Source: an uncultured Alphaproteobacteria bacterium (lineage in GTDB: Bacteria > Pseudomonadota > Alphaproteobacteria > Rhizobiales > Methyloligellaceae). Taken from it: a stretch of DNA of 64,000 nucleotides. Within the stretch, counting starts at the first letter, position 1. The number at the start of each line of letters is the position of its first letter. Shown piece by piece: positions 51,666-62,153 of the stretch. A program made the translations under genes and the position numbers. The stretch covers positions 152 to 64,151 of the forward strand of contig CAWFRD010000006.1 of assembly GCA_963818165.1 (NCBI GenBank), written 5' to 3'. The notes under the pieces were generated by a model. It made no database searches. It was not told the origin of the DNA and worked only from the letters and a program-made list of their open reading frames with translations.

Positions 51666-51906
51666 CTATCGTCGCCGCCGGCGGTCAGGGTGTTTTGTGT
51701 TGCGGCTGGAAATCGACCGCGACGACTTGGCCGAGTGTTTGTTCGATAACCATTTTATCGACGACTGGCGCGAGACAGATAACGACGTGCTGGCCGATGC
51801 GCTGCGGAGACTGCTCGAAGTCTCTGCGCTATCTGTAGCGCCGTTACAGGTAACGGCCCCTGTCGTTACACGTAACGGCCCGCTAGTTCGCGTGCGTGTA
51901 CGGTGA
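51634..51906 (+). CDS. phage hypothetical protein
   Basis: AERMRDYRRRRRSG basic N-terminus; lies between methyltransferase and capsid; start uncertain. Confidence 0.55.
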   Translation: MTGRPAERMRDYRRRRRSGCFVLRLEIDRDDLAECLFDNHFIDDWRETDNDVLADALRRLLEVSALSVAPLQVTAPVVTRNGPLVRVRVR

Positions 51907-51930
51907 CTCCATCACAAAGGAGTCGCCCGC

Positions 51931-52986
51931 ATGGTCCGCATCCCCGCATTAAACACCGCCCGTGAGTGGCAAGAGCACCACGGCAAATTGCAGGAATTTT
52001 ATCTGCTTGCCGCGTGCCGAGCGGCAAACATTTCTGCCGCGGAAGCGGAAGCGCGGCGCTTGCCGGCGCGCGTGGTCGAGGTGTTGAAGGCGACCGTCGC
52101 CGGCAGCGTGACGGGCAATGTCGGCCTGTCGAATTACGGCCAGCTAGTCGGCGCGTTTTTAATTCGGTCGCGCATGTCGGCTTCTTCGATCGCCTCGTCG
52201 GCGACGCGCTGCGCCTGCCATTGATGCCGGGGCGTGTGGTGATCGGCAGCGACATTGATGCCGGCACCGTCAGCGAGGGCGCGGGCAAACCGATCCGTAC
52301 CCTGATTCTATCGGCGACGGATTTTTCACCGATCAAAGTCGTGGCGACCGTAGTCCTATCCAAAGAATTATTCACCGGGTTACAATCGGCCGGCATCCAA
52401 TTCCTTGAGCGCATGTTGCGTCGCGCCGTTGCACGCGGAACGGACGCGGCGGCGATCGCCGCGCTCGGTGGCACGTCCTTCAGAGTCCTCCGGAGCAACG
52501 ACGTGGGATGCAATGCTCGGCGAGTGTCAGGAAGTGTCACATCACATTCGGATCGGCGCCGACTCGCGACTATTTTGGATAACGACAAGCCGAGTGCTGA
52601 AGGCGCTCGCGCGCGCAGCTTGGAGCAACGGCGTCACCGAGGTCGGCCTTCAAGGCGGGACACTGTTAGGCGCGCCGATCTTGCTCTCGGATGGCACCAC
52701 CTCCAACTCGATCACGCTCCTCGACGCAAGTCAGATCGCGGTCGCAGTCCCCGATCCGCAAATCGAATTGCGAACGAGCAATCAGGCCGACGTCGAGCTA
52801 TCAAACACGCCGACGCAGGAACTCCAGAACCCGACCGCGAGCACCGTGGTGAGTGCGTTCCAAAGTAATTTGCAAATACTGATCGCAGAGCGAGCTTTCG
52901 GAATCAAAGCGATCGGACAAAATGCAGTGGCAACTCTCACTGGTGTTAATTGGGCCGGCGGACAAGATTCCCCGGCAGTGCTGTGA
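51931..52986 (+). CDS. HK97-fold major capsid-like protein (apparent frameshifts near 52160 and 52480)
   Basis: AGGAG RBS; V.EG..KP, P.KV...VVLSKEL, L.RAVAR.TD, GGTLLG.PI..SD, VSAFQ.N....AE. Confidence 0.75.
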
Positions 52987-53216
52987 TGGCAAAGAAGCGC
53001 GACGAGGAGGACAGCATAGGCATGCAAGTGTCGCTTGGCTTGAGCACGCTCGCTGCCGGCATGCGCTTCAATCTTGCCGAAGCCGGCAACGTGCAAACGG
53101 CGCTCGTTGAGATTGTGAGGGCGATCGAGCTAGTGAGCGAGCTAGAGAAGCGCGTCGCGGCTCTTGAGCGCCAGAAGGCAGCGGCACCGAAATTGAAGGC
53201 GGTGGCATCGCGATGA
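52986..53216 (+). CDS. phage hypothetical coiled-coil protein
   Basis: TGATG coupling to capsid stop; ELEKRVAALE heptads. Confidence 0.6.
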   Translation: MAKKRDEEDSIGMQVSLGLSTLAAGMRFNLAEAGNVQTALVEIVRAIELVSELEKRVAALERQKAAAPKLKAVASR

Positions 53217-53452
53217 TGAGTCTCAGGGAAGCCGTGCGGGAAGCGGCACGCATACAAGCGCAGAGCGGCTCGCGGCTGCTGGACCTGGAGTGCACCACGC
53301 CCTCTGAACACGTTACATTGGTCTATATGAAGTTCGCGTATCAGTGGCACGTGCTCGCCTTCGACGCCCCGCGCCCGTTCGACCGTGAACGATACGAGCA
53401 GGCGTTCCTCATCGCGCTCGCCCTCGATGCCGGCACGGCGACAATACATTGA
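53213..53452 (+). CDS. phage hypothetical protein
   Basis: ATGA overlap with previous gene; 79 aa. Confidence 0.5.
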   Translation: MMSLREAVREAARIQAQSGSRLLDLECTTPSEHVTLVYMKFAYQWHVLAFDAPRPFDRERYEQAFLIALALDAGTATIH

Positions 53453-53648
53453 ATTGCGACAGGCGGCGGTCATTCCCCCCTGCTGCCTGGCGCGAGGGCG
53501 TCACGTGTACGCTTGGCGTGACGCCTTACCGCGACAAGGCCGCTCAGGCCAGCATGCGGCTCTTGGCGCAGGCAAGAGTGGCTCGGCCGGATGCTCCGTC
53601 AGCATTCCTCTCAAGAGGCGATAGGCCGATCCACGCGGCGGCGGAGGT

Positions 53649-54414
53649 TCAGTCGAAGACCTTCACCAATCCGCCAATGGCAGTGAACACAGCGCTAAGG
53701 GCGAAGATAGGCCCCTTCGGATTCTCTGCAATGCGCGCAACGACGAACTCAACAATGCGAAACAGCAGCATGAGTAGCAGGATCACGCCAACGGGCAGAA
53801 CTAGAAGAAGCCAACATAGGGCCGCTAGGATAAAAATCGTAACCCCGGCCAACACCATAGCGAGTAAGCCGACCCTGGGCTCTTTCCATAACTCCCTCAA
53901 AAACTCTTCAGCCTGTTCTCGGCTCTCGCCGGTAAAAGAGGCTGGATCTACCGACGGCAGATCTACTGCGATCCCTATAGCGGCCATCATGATCGCTGCC
54001 AGCAGTGTCGCCCCCGCAGTGCCAAAGTGGATTTCCAAATATATGTCCAACTTCCCTCAGTTTTCGTTATCCATTTGAAAACCCGTGGATGCACAGCAAC
54101 CGTAGCCAACGCTCCAACAAAGCTGCCGGTGTAGCCTCCGAGAAGAACAGCGACAATTCCGCGAGGAGCCTTTTCCTTGTTTTCCCGCCTAGCGCTATTA
54201 GTGCATACACAATGAGAACAATGAGCTGCCATCTGAACTTCCCCAAATGGCGCAGATATTTCAGCTCTCGCTGATCGTCCAGCCAAACAAAAAATCTGAT
54301 CGCCCTGTCTGTGATCCTTGTCTTTTGTCGCTCCGACAGCCCCACGTCGAGACCCGCGAGGAGAGACAGGATCACTCCAATGCAAAGCGACAGGGATCCC
54401 AAGAGACCGATCAA
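53649..54414 (-). CDS. polytopic membrane protein (moron-like, frameshifted)
   Basis: hydrophobic segments continue across three frames (54414-54180, 54180-54025, 54025-53649); lower GC; antisense to phage genes. Confidence 0.55.
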
Positions 54415-54714
54415 CGTCGTTACTCTCGGTGAAAGCTTCTATCGAGTCCGTTCCCATCATGCGACTTTTGCGGTTCGCCGCCAACTGCGTTTCAGGGTCG
54501 GGATTGATCTTGTTGACGTTCTGCATCTCAACTCCTAAGTGCCCAAAGGGTCGTCGGTAAGCAGACCGCATAATCAAACAGTGTGGAGTCAGGAGAGCCG
54601 AGGCCCCCCCGGGGGAGTCGCAGGCTACGGTGCAGCCAAAAGCAGACCGGTCGGGAGCATTTCCGCTTTCACGCCCGCATTTTCGAATCACTTACACTAG
54701 GGCTATAAAACCCG

Positions 54715-55056
54715 ATGACGCAGCCGAAAACCCGCTTCCGGCATTTGTCAAAACGAGCGCGAGCATGGGCGGAAAATATCGAGCGTGAATATCGCCTCGA
54801 AGATCACGAGCAAGCGCTCCTGATCGCCGCTGCCGAAATGCTCGACCGTGCCGAGGAAGCCCGCAAGCAAGTGCAGCGCGATGGCATTTGTATCACGTCG
54901 AGCCGGGGCTCGATCAAGGCTCACCCGCTGCTCAGTGTCGAGCGAAGCTCGCTAGATTGCTTCGGGAGGCTATGCCGGCGCTTAGGCGTTGAGCCTGACG
55001 GCCGAACAACGGTGCCGGTGCCGGGCGCCCGGATTCACAGAGCGGGAGGTCGATGA
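54715..55056 (+). CDS. phage terminase small subunit, P27 family
   Basis: HLSKRAR.W, EARKQV.RDG, KAHPLL..ER, RLG. Confidence 0.8.
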   Translation: MTQPKTRFRHLSKRARAWAENIEREYRLEDHEQALLIAAAEMLDRAEEARKQVQRDGICITSSRGSIKAHPLLSVERSSLDCFGRLCRRLGVEPDGRTTVPVPGARIHRAGGR

Positions 55057-55349
55057 TGGCAAAGCGGAGATCAATCACCGAGGGCGAAGAATTGGAAATG
55101 TGGGCGATGACGTTCAAGAAAACCGGCCGTGACTTTTTTGGTGATCTTGACGCGATCGGGCTCATCGAGCCGGCGCATGTTTCGCCGATGGAAGATCAGC
55201 CGGCGGCGCAAAGGCGCTTTACGCCGCACACAAGGAAGCATGGCCCGGACGATTTGGGGCGGGCGCTTTCTTGACACGTGGGAACCCCCGGCCCGCCGCC
55301 GCATCGTCAGGTGCCGGCCACGCTGATCAAGTACGGTGAGCCGCAATGA
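55053..55349 (+). CDS. phage hypothetical protein after terS (frameshifted)
   Basis: ATGA coupling; W..TF..G.DFF.DL, then EAW and YGEP-like tail in other frames. Confidence 0.5.
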
Positions 55350-55549
55350 TCCCGTCGCGGCGATAGGCGTTCGCGATGGCGACCGCCGTTTGAAATCGAC
55401 CACCGGCATGCTGGCGTTTTCGTATTCCATGCCGGTGTGGATCTGCACGACATAAGCGCCGTCGCTATCCTCGACAACGCGAATAAGCTCGACGCCGAAG
55501 CTCTTAACGATGCGCTGCGCTTCCGTGTCATTGGGTTCCCCCTCAAAGC

Positions 55550-55974
55550 AAAAAGACCGGAGCGAAATGCCCCGGTACCTTGGCTTCCCCCGTCAGTGCT
55601 TCGTTGCGAGGAGCGCCTCGATTCCGCGCTTTGATGATCGGCCATTCGGGATCGAGCTGGTGAGTCGGCGTCATCGTCGGGCGCTTCGCCCTCGTCCTTG
55701 TCCTTGTCGCTGATCGCATCACGCCGAAGCCCTTGGCCGCGATCAGCGCGAACACGAGCGCCCAAGCCGCAAACAGGATCATTCGGCCCTCCCTTCAATC
55801 CGGTCGGCGAGCGCGCGGATCGCGTGGCTCCATGTCGTTTTCGTATTCGCCGTGCATGACGCCCTGCGCGTATACGTGCAGCGCGGCGATCACGGCGGCG
55901 GCTTCGGCTTTGCTTAGTGTGAGCGTCATTGCGTTGCCCTTTCGTGAAAAAGGCCGGAGCGAAATGCCCCGGCC
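55550..55974 (-). terminator. two copies of a terminator-like hairpin (55550-55576 and 55947-55974)
   Basis: identical 19-nt core CCGGGGCATTTCGCTCCGG, compensatory outer pair, then T5. Confidence 0.75.
55795..55929 (-). CDS. small hypothetical protein (44 aa, not in ORF track)
   Basis: MTLTLSKAEAAAVIAALHVYAQG...; AAAGGG RBS. Confidence 0.45.
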   Translation of the reverse strand: MTLTLSKAEAAAVIAALHVYAQGVMHGEYENDMEPRDPRARRPD

Positions 55975-56007
55975 CTCTTGGCGCGGTGATAAGTCGCGCC
56001 CTGAATA

Positions 56008-56283
56008 TCATTCTTCCTCGTCACTGAGATTGACGAGCAGCGCATCCGGATCATGCTCGCGGGTATCACCCTCGGCCTCATCGTCGTCCTCGTCGTGATT
56101 CCCGACGCTGGCCCGTAGCCACCTGGCCTGCTCCGGTATCGTGCAGGGCGCACAGTCAGCTCCCCTCGGGGTGGCTGCTCAGTGCGATAGGCGCCCATCG
56201 GTGCAGAGCGCCGCCTCCTCGTCGGTCTCGGCGCGAAAGGCAATGGTCGGCTTGCCGCCGACTTCAAGCACATAGGTTTTCAT
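56008..56283 (-). pseudogene. small hypothetical protein, frameshifted
   Basis: GAGGGG RBS; MKTYVLEVGGKPTIAFRAETDEEA...LTVRPA...acidic tail in other frames. Confidence 0.45.
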
Positions 56284-56344
56284 TTTCAACACCCCTCAGT
56301 TTCGTGCTCCTAGATTATCTTTGCTAGTTTGCGGCGAGCCGCGC

Positions 56345-56647
56345 TTAGGCGGTGACGGGAAGAGCTGGGTGTAATTCCCGCACGTTCAGCAGCACGGGAG
56401 CGGGAATGGTGGCAACTGCCGCTTCGTTGTTGGGGGCGGAGAGTAACCACCCGTGCTCATCGAGCGGTTGGGGTGCATCTTCCGGGAGCACTTTCGCGTC
56501 TACCAACGCCAACCAAACAGCCAGCACGCGCGCCTGTCCGGTCCGCAACAGCTCTCCGGTTACTGCGTCTGTTATGTAACCTGGCTTTTGGTACGGGGTT
56601 GTTTTGATTTCGGGTATGGGTTTGCACGGCACTGGATATAATTTCAT
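56345..56647 (-). CDS. hypothetical protein (100 aa)
   Basis: GAGGGGG RBS before MKLYPVPCKP; lower GC. Confidence 0.55.
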   Translation of the reverse strand: MKLYPVPCKPIPEIKTTPYQKPGYITDAVTGELLRTGQARVLAVWLALVDAKVLPEDAPQPLDEHGWLLSAPNNEAAVATIPAPVLLNVRELHPALPVTA

Positions 56648-57139
56648 TGTGGGTTCCCCCTCTATTTGTTGACTACAGTCTCCCACTCCCGAACGTGTGC
56701 TTAAATGGGCTTGCTTGCCGTCTCGAAGCGCCCGTAGGTCCGTCGTAATAGCGGGGGCCTCTGCAAATAAGGGAAGCGTCCCGAACACCGCTGGGGTCGG
56801 CCCACGCAGTGTAAACGTACCGTGTGGGGTAAGCGCCGGGTGCGCGCCGGACAGCCCCGTTTGTGCTCCGGGCAATCCACCACCACCCGACGAGCCTTCG
56901 GCCGTCACAGCCGCGCCCACGCGAGAGACGCGCTTCGCGTCCTTACCCCCGATCCAGCGCCAGCTCATGCCGTCGCGGCTCCTCGCGCCATGGGGGTATC
57001 AGGCCCTCGTCGCGCAGCATCAGCTCGACCAGGTTGCCGATGTGGCAGGGCAGGACACCGCCGCCATACTTCCGTCTGCGATAGTCCTTGGGCGCCTGGG
57101 GTCGAGGACAGCGGCACCGGGCGGCGCGGCTGGGAGCCT

Positions 57140-57416
57140 ACCTGGACGTCTTACCAAAAGCCGAAGCGATCGGCGACATGGCTCATTGCCGGGCGCGGTG
57201 CCTCGTAGCGCCAGGCGGCGCGGGGGTGACGCTTGCCGTCGATCACCACGTCGTAGAACTGGACACCGTGCGGACATCGTAGGTCTGATGCGGTCCTTGC
57301 CGCTTTCTCCAAGAGCTCGACCCGCACATGGGCGTTGGGGAAATAGCGATACGCCGCCTTGCTCGACAATGTCGTCGCTTTCGGCGATCACGCGGTTCTT
57401 CAGACACGGCCTTCAT
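57140..57416 (-). pseudogene. DUF427 family relic
   Basis: MKAV..VIAESDD...YFP...CP.G...YDVVIDG....AAW.Y..P...ADRFGFW with frameshifts and a stop. Confidence 0.7.
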
Positions 57417-57530
57417 GTTTCAACCTACCAGCCGGGATTGGTGCAGCGGATGCGCCACGGCTCCTGTATCCCGGCTGTAATCCGGCTGGCACTGAGGGAC
57501 CGGCGAGGGGAGCAAAACCCTTGGAAAAGT

Positions 57531-57606
57531 TGGCTCCCCGGGCCGGATTCGAACCAGCGACCCAGCGGTTAACAGCCGCTTGCTCTACCAGCTGAGCTAC
57601 CGGGGA
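57531..57606 (-). tRNA. tRNA-Asn (GTT)
   Basis: TCCCCGGTAGCTCAGCTGGTAGAGC...CTGTTAA...GGTTCGAATCC...GGGGAGCCA, 76 nt cloverleaf with encoded CCA. Confidence 0.97.
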
Positions 57607-57877
57607 TCAGGGCGCATCGCAGTCCAAGCGCCTCCTCACGGTAGATAGCAAAAGGGCAGGGGCCTTTCCAGAGCCTTGGCAGCCCGCCCTCCAGGGCGCC
57701 CCCGCGGCCCGCATGACCCCGAACCGCGCCCCGCGGCCCGTGTGCCCCCGAACCCCGCGGCCCGCGGCCCGCGCCTGCCGGTCGGCGCCCTGCGGGCCGG
57801 GCCTCCGATGGTGCCCCGGCCGAAGCTCCTATACGATCCCGCGACCTCATTTGCGGGGCGAGTTGCGGGCGCGGCCC

Positions 57878-59142
57878 ATGAGCAAACGCGAAACTCTTGG
57901 CCCGAGCGATGCGCCTTTCGCGTGGCTCGGGCCGCTGGCCGCTTCGCCGAGTTCGGCACGGGCGCCTATCCGCGCTCCGTGCGCCGGCGGCTCGCGATCG
58001 TCAACTTGATGGCGCTCACCATCGCCATCTTCTCCGTGGTCTATTCCTTCGTGTTCGCGGCCTACGGCGTCGGCACCTACTGGCCGCTGATCGCCGTCAA
58101 TATCGCGCTCGCAATCGTCGCGCTCCTCGCCCCGCTCGCCCATCGCATCAGCGACGTCGCGGCCGCGCTCCTGATCTGCATCGCCGAATATATCGCGCTC
58201 TTCTTCTTCGTGCGCGAGCTCGGCCATCACTCGGGCATTCAGATCAATTTCATCATCGCAGCCGCTGTCGCCTTCGCCGTCGTCGGCTTAAATCGCATGG
58301 GTCTCGTGGTTTCGGTGATAGCGGTCGGGCTCGCGCTGCATGTCGCGGCCTGGTTCCTGTTTCCGCCGGAGAGCGTGCGCATCGCCGCCGACCCCGCGCT
58401 CCTCGCCAATCTCTACATCTCCTCTGCCGCGACCACCTTCACCATCATCGCTCTTATCGTGGGCTATGCCTTCACCGTGGCGGACCGCGCGCGCGCCGAG
58501 GCCAATTCCCTTCTCGCCAATATCCTGCCCGAGGCGATCGCCGAACGTCTGAAGGCGCGCCCCGGCGACAAGGTGGCCGACAGCGTCGGCGATGCGTCCG
58601 TCCTCTTCACCGATCTCGTCGGCTTCACCGAGCTCGCCCAGCGGCTCGGCGTTCAGCGCACCGTCGCCCTTCTCGACCACATCGTCACCGAGTTCGACCG
58701 GCTCGCGGCCGCGCATGGCGTGGAGAAGATCAAGACCATCGGCGACGGCTATCTCGCGGTCGCGGGCGTGAGCCGGGAGCAGCCCGACCATCTCACGCGG
58801 CTTGCACGCATGGCGCTTCTCTTGCCCGATCTCGTTGAACGGCTCTCGGCCGCGCACGGCGTCGATCTCAGGATCAGGGCCGGCATCGCCAGCGGCCCAC
58901 TCATGGCGGGCGTCATCGGCAGCGACAAATTCTCCTACGACGTCTGGGGCGAGACGGTGAATCTCGCCTCGCGGCTCGAGTCGCACGGGCTCCCCGGCGA
59001 GATCCAGGTGTCGGACGCGGTGCGGCGAGCGCTTGCCGACGGCTTCGCCTTCGAGCCGCGCGGGCCGATCCAGGTGAAGGGCGTGGGCCGTCTCCATACC
59101 TGGCTTCTCAAGAAGGAGATCGACGCAGACGGACGCGTCTGA
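57878..59142 (+). CDS. membrane-bound class III adenylate/guanylate cyclase (probable frameshift near 57940)
   Basis: about six TM segments, LL.NILP, LFTDLVGFT, KIKTIGDGY, YDVWGETVNLASRLES, VKGVG. Confidence 0.88.
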
Positions 59143-59225
59143 AGGACGCGCCCGGAGGATCGAGGTTGCGGCGTCCCGCTCAAGTCTGTATCTCCGGCTT
59201 TGGTCAAGCCTGCCGCGCGGAGCCC

Positions 59226-59543
59226 ATGGCCCCCAAGATCCGCATCTTCGATCGCCACTTTCATCTGCCGCAATCGAAACCGATGCGCATCGGGATCGGC
59301 ATTCTCCTTATCGCCGGTGGAATTGTCGGTTTCTTGCCCGTGCTCGGGTTCTGGATGATCCCGCTCGGGCTGCTCGTGCTGTCCATCGACCTTCCCATCG
59401 TGCGGCGCTGGCGCCGTCAGCTCACCGTCTGGTGGCACCGCAGGAAGGGCGAAGAGGGCGAGGCTGCCGACGCCAATGACGCCGCTCTGCGCGCATCCGC
59501 CAAGAAGGATGCGGTCTCGGGCTCCGAAGACAGCCATGTCTAA
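59226..59543 (+). CDS. small two-TM membrane protein (PGPGW-like)
   Basis: GILLI.GGI.GFLPVLGFWMIPLGL..L..D.P..RR. Confidence 0.75.
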   Translation: MAPKIRIFDRHFHLPQSKPMRIGIGILLIAGGIVGFLPVLGFWMIPLGLLVLSIDLPIVRRWRRQLTVWWHRRKGEEGEAADANDAALRASAKKDAVSGSEDSHV

Positions 59544-60209
59544 GGTTCGTGTCAGTAGTTTGCGGTATCCATCGACGGCTATGGCGCTGGTCCCAACCAA
59601 GGTCTCGATAACCCTCTCGGCGTTGGGGGAATTTCCCTGCACGAGTGGCATTTTCCCACGCGAACGTTCAAGAGGATGCATGCGTTTCACCCCGCGCATG
59701 GTGAAGAAGAAGAAACCGGCGTTGACGACGACTTCGCCGCTCGCGCCTTAGAGAACGTCGGGGCGTGGATTCTCGGCCGCAACATGTTCGGCCCCATCCG
59801 GGGCGAATGGCCGGATGAGAATTGGCGGGGTTGGTGGGGCGACAATCCGCCGTATCACTGCCCTGTCTATGTGCTCACGCACCATCGTCGCAAGTCGATC
59901 ACGATGGAGGGTGGCACAACGTTCCACTTCGTCACGGACGGCATCCACGACGCATTGGAGCGAGCGCGCAGCGCAGCCAACGGGCTGGATGTGCGTATCG
60001 GCGGAGGCCCGCAGACAATCCGGCAGTACCTGCGCGCGGGCCTCGTTGATGAGATGCACCTTGCTATCGCGCCGGTCGTTTTGGGCGCAGGAGAACCGCT
60101 GTTCGAGGGTCTCGACTTGCGGGCCTTGGGATACGAATGTGTTCAGCACGTGCCTTCGGAAAAGGCTACCCACGTCGTGCTCAGGCGGACAGTGCACGAT
60201 ACCACTTAA
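59536..60209 (+). CDS. dihydrofolate reductase/RibD C-terminal family protein (apparent frameshift near 59560)
   Basis: SIDGYGAGP.Q..PLG.GG..LHEW, GRNMFG, VLTHH, IGGG, GLVDE, PVVLG.G. Confidence 0.85.
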
Positions 60210-60342
60210 TTCATCGGGCGTCCTTGCGAGGGACGGGCGGCCCGTTGCAAGGCGGAGACATCAAGCTAGAATTGTCTGTCGCTTGAGCGGATCCCTCCAA
60301 GTGACCTGCTCGATTGCTTCGCCGCGCCATTGAGAGGTTGGG

Positions 60343-60896
60343 TTGACGAAGCTCGTTTACATCGGGGGTTTCGGCCAAAGCGGTGCGACGCTGTTTGAGT
60401 ATCTTTTGACGGCAAATCCGGATGTGGTCGCTTGCGGCGAGATCGCCAACGGCTTCGAGGGACGGAGCGGACGCGAGCTGATGTGTAGCTGCGGAGCCCC
60501 GCGCGAAAACGCCCCAAATCCGAGAGCGGTATGCTGGTCGACGATACGCCTGCCCCTCATCAAAACGCGCCGAAAGAAAAAAGCCGACGCCGATCGAGCA
60601 GGCTCTGTCGCGGCCGATCCCTCGGTGCTTTCGAACCGCGACAGGTTGGTGGGGTTGCCAATCTCAGCTGCGAGCTTTTTGGCTGGCTTTACCCGAGACA
60701 ATACCTGCCTTTGGGGCTTGCCAAGCCCGAGGCGAAGGACAACAGGCATCAGATCTACGGTAATCGGATGCGGCGCCAACGGCTGCTGTTTGCCGACGTG
60801 CGGCTTGACGATGGATGGAAATCCGAAATGGCGCCCCGGCATCGCCGGTTGGCCGGTGCCCTCTCATGGCCGTTGCGGGTGAGGTACGGTTACTGA
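60343..60896 (+). pseudogene. sulfotransferase family relic with internal deletions
   Basis: YIGGFGQSGAT PAPS loop, CSCG; C-terminal HQIYGNRMR...W..EM...WPLR.RYGY in another frame. Confidence 0.65.
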
Positions 60897-60923
60897 CGCT
60901 AAAGTCCATAAATCCGTAAGCTG

Positions 60924-61160
60924 GTGTCAGGCGCTCATAACGTCTTGCGCGACGTCGACGGCAGTCGCTTCGCTAAGGTCCGCGAGGGCCTAAGTAAGGT
61001 CCTACTGCGCCGCGGCATCCGTCCGGCCTGGGTATGGTGCAGGGAGTGCAAGGCTCACCGGATGTTGTGCACTGCCATTTGCTATTTCATCTGCCGGCCG
61101 AATATCGCACTGGTGCAAAGCTTGAAAAACAGGGGCAGGCGTTGATCCAGCTTATCTGGG
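60924..61160 (+). pseudogene. HUH endonuclease/Rep-like fragment
   Basis: AWVWCRE followed after a frameshift by VHCHLLFHLP. Confidence 0.45.
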
Positions 61161-61369
61161 GTGGATCGTTCGGTCTAGCTGGAATCTGCCGAAGGCGCCT
61201 TGGAGACGGAATCCGCTGATCGGCGGCTTGATAGACTGACCGACGAGGACTTACCCGGATAATCCGAGATACTGAGAGCGGAATATCGCAATGTGGACTT
61301 TTTTCCGCCCGGTCTGGACCTTAGAGTAGCGGTAAACGGTCACGCAACAGTGGAGGAGGTCGGAAAAGT

Positions 61370-62153
61370 ATGAGAAGCGCAACGAGGTGGGTATTCATTC
61401 TTGCTGTGGTGGCGATGACAGCCATGCCAAACATCTCGACCGCTCGTGCCGATGACGCGCAAGCCAAGACTTTGTTTAAGGCCATGTCGGATTACCTCGC
61501 AGCGCAGCAGGCAATATCGTTCGCTATGAACTCAACTCTTGAGGTTGTCACCGATCAGGACCAGAAGTTGGGGTTGGCAAGTTCAGGCACACTGACACTC
61601 AAACGGCCTGACAAGCTTCATGCAACGCGGACCGGTGGATTTGCCGATGTTGAGATGGTTTTTGACGGCAAGACGCTGACAGTGTTCGGCAAGAACGGCA
61701 ACATGTTCGCGAAAGCCGAAGAGCCCGGCACCATCGATCAACTGGTCGACGTGTTAGGGACAAGTACAAAAGGCCCGTGCCGGCCGCGGATTTGCTGATG
61801 GCGGATCCTTATAAGGAGCTCATGCCCTTGGTCGTGGAGGCGAAGGACCTTGGAAGCGGCGTGATCCGCGGGGTTGAGTGCGACCACCTTGCTTTTAGAA
61901 CGGAAGAAGTGGATTGGCAGATTTGGATCGCCCAGGGAGATCGCCCTTACCCCTGCCGCTATGTGATCACCAGCACCAAGATTAAGGGGTCACCGCAATA
62001 CACCGTCGAGGTCCGGGACTGGAAAACTGGCGATGAAGTTGCGTCCGACAGTTTCAGCTTGGAGGTTCCGCAGGGTGCGAAGGAACTCAAGCCCGGCGAT
62101 ATTCCAGACTTTGATGACTTACCCGGCATATTCGCGAAAAAGGAGCACAATGA
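61370..62153 (+). CDS. DUF2092 family periplasmic protein (frameshifts near 61757 and 62140)
   Basis: signal peptide ARA; MSDYL, RPDKL, FDGKTLT, P.ADLL, CDHLAFR..VDWQIWI..G..PYPCRYVIT, PQY. Confidence 0.85.

Larger units (their letters stand above)
51257..57530. mobile_element. decayed prophage or phage-satellite-like element adjacent to tRNA-Asn 3' end
   Basis: phage DNA methyltransferase, capsid, small terminase, cos-like site, many short ORFs; no integrase or attR seen; boundaries approximate. Confidence 0.7.

Noticed and set aside
56770..56886. tRNA- or tmRNA-like sequence ending CCACCA
   Set aside because: No T-loop GTTCRA motif or acceptor stem pairing.
57695..57775. Imperfect CCCCGCGGCCCG...CCCCGAACC tandem units upstream of tRNA-Asn
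   Set aside because: Only two to three degenerate low-complexity copies; no evidence of function.
59536..60209. DmrA (dihydromethanopterin reductase) as the missing H4MPT reductase
   Set aside because: Matches the generic longer RibD C-terminal family and is unlinked to the C1 cluster.
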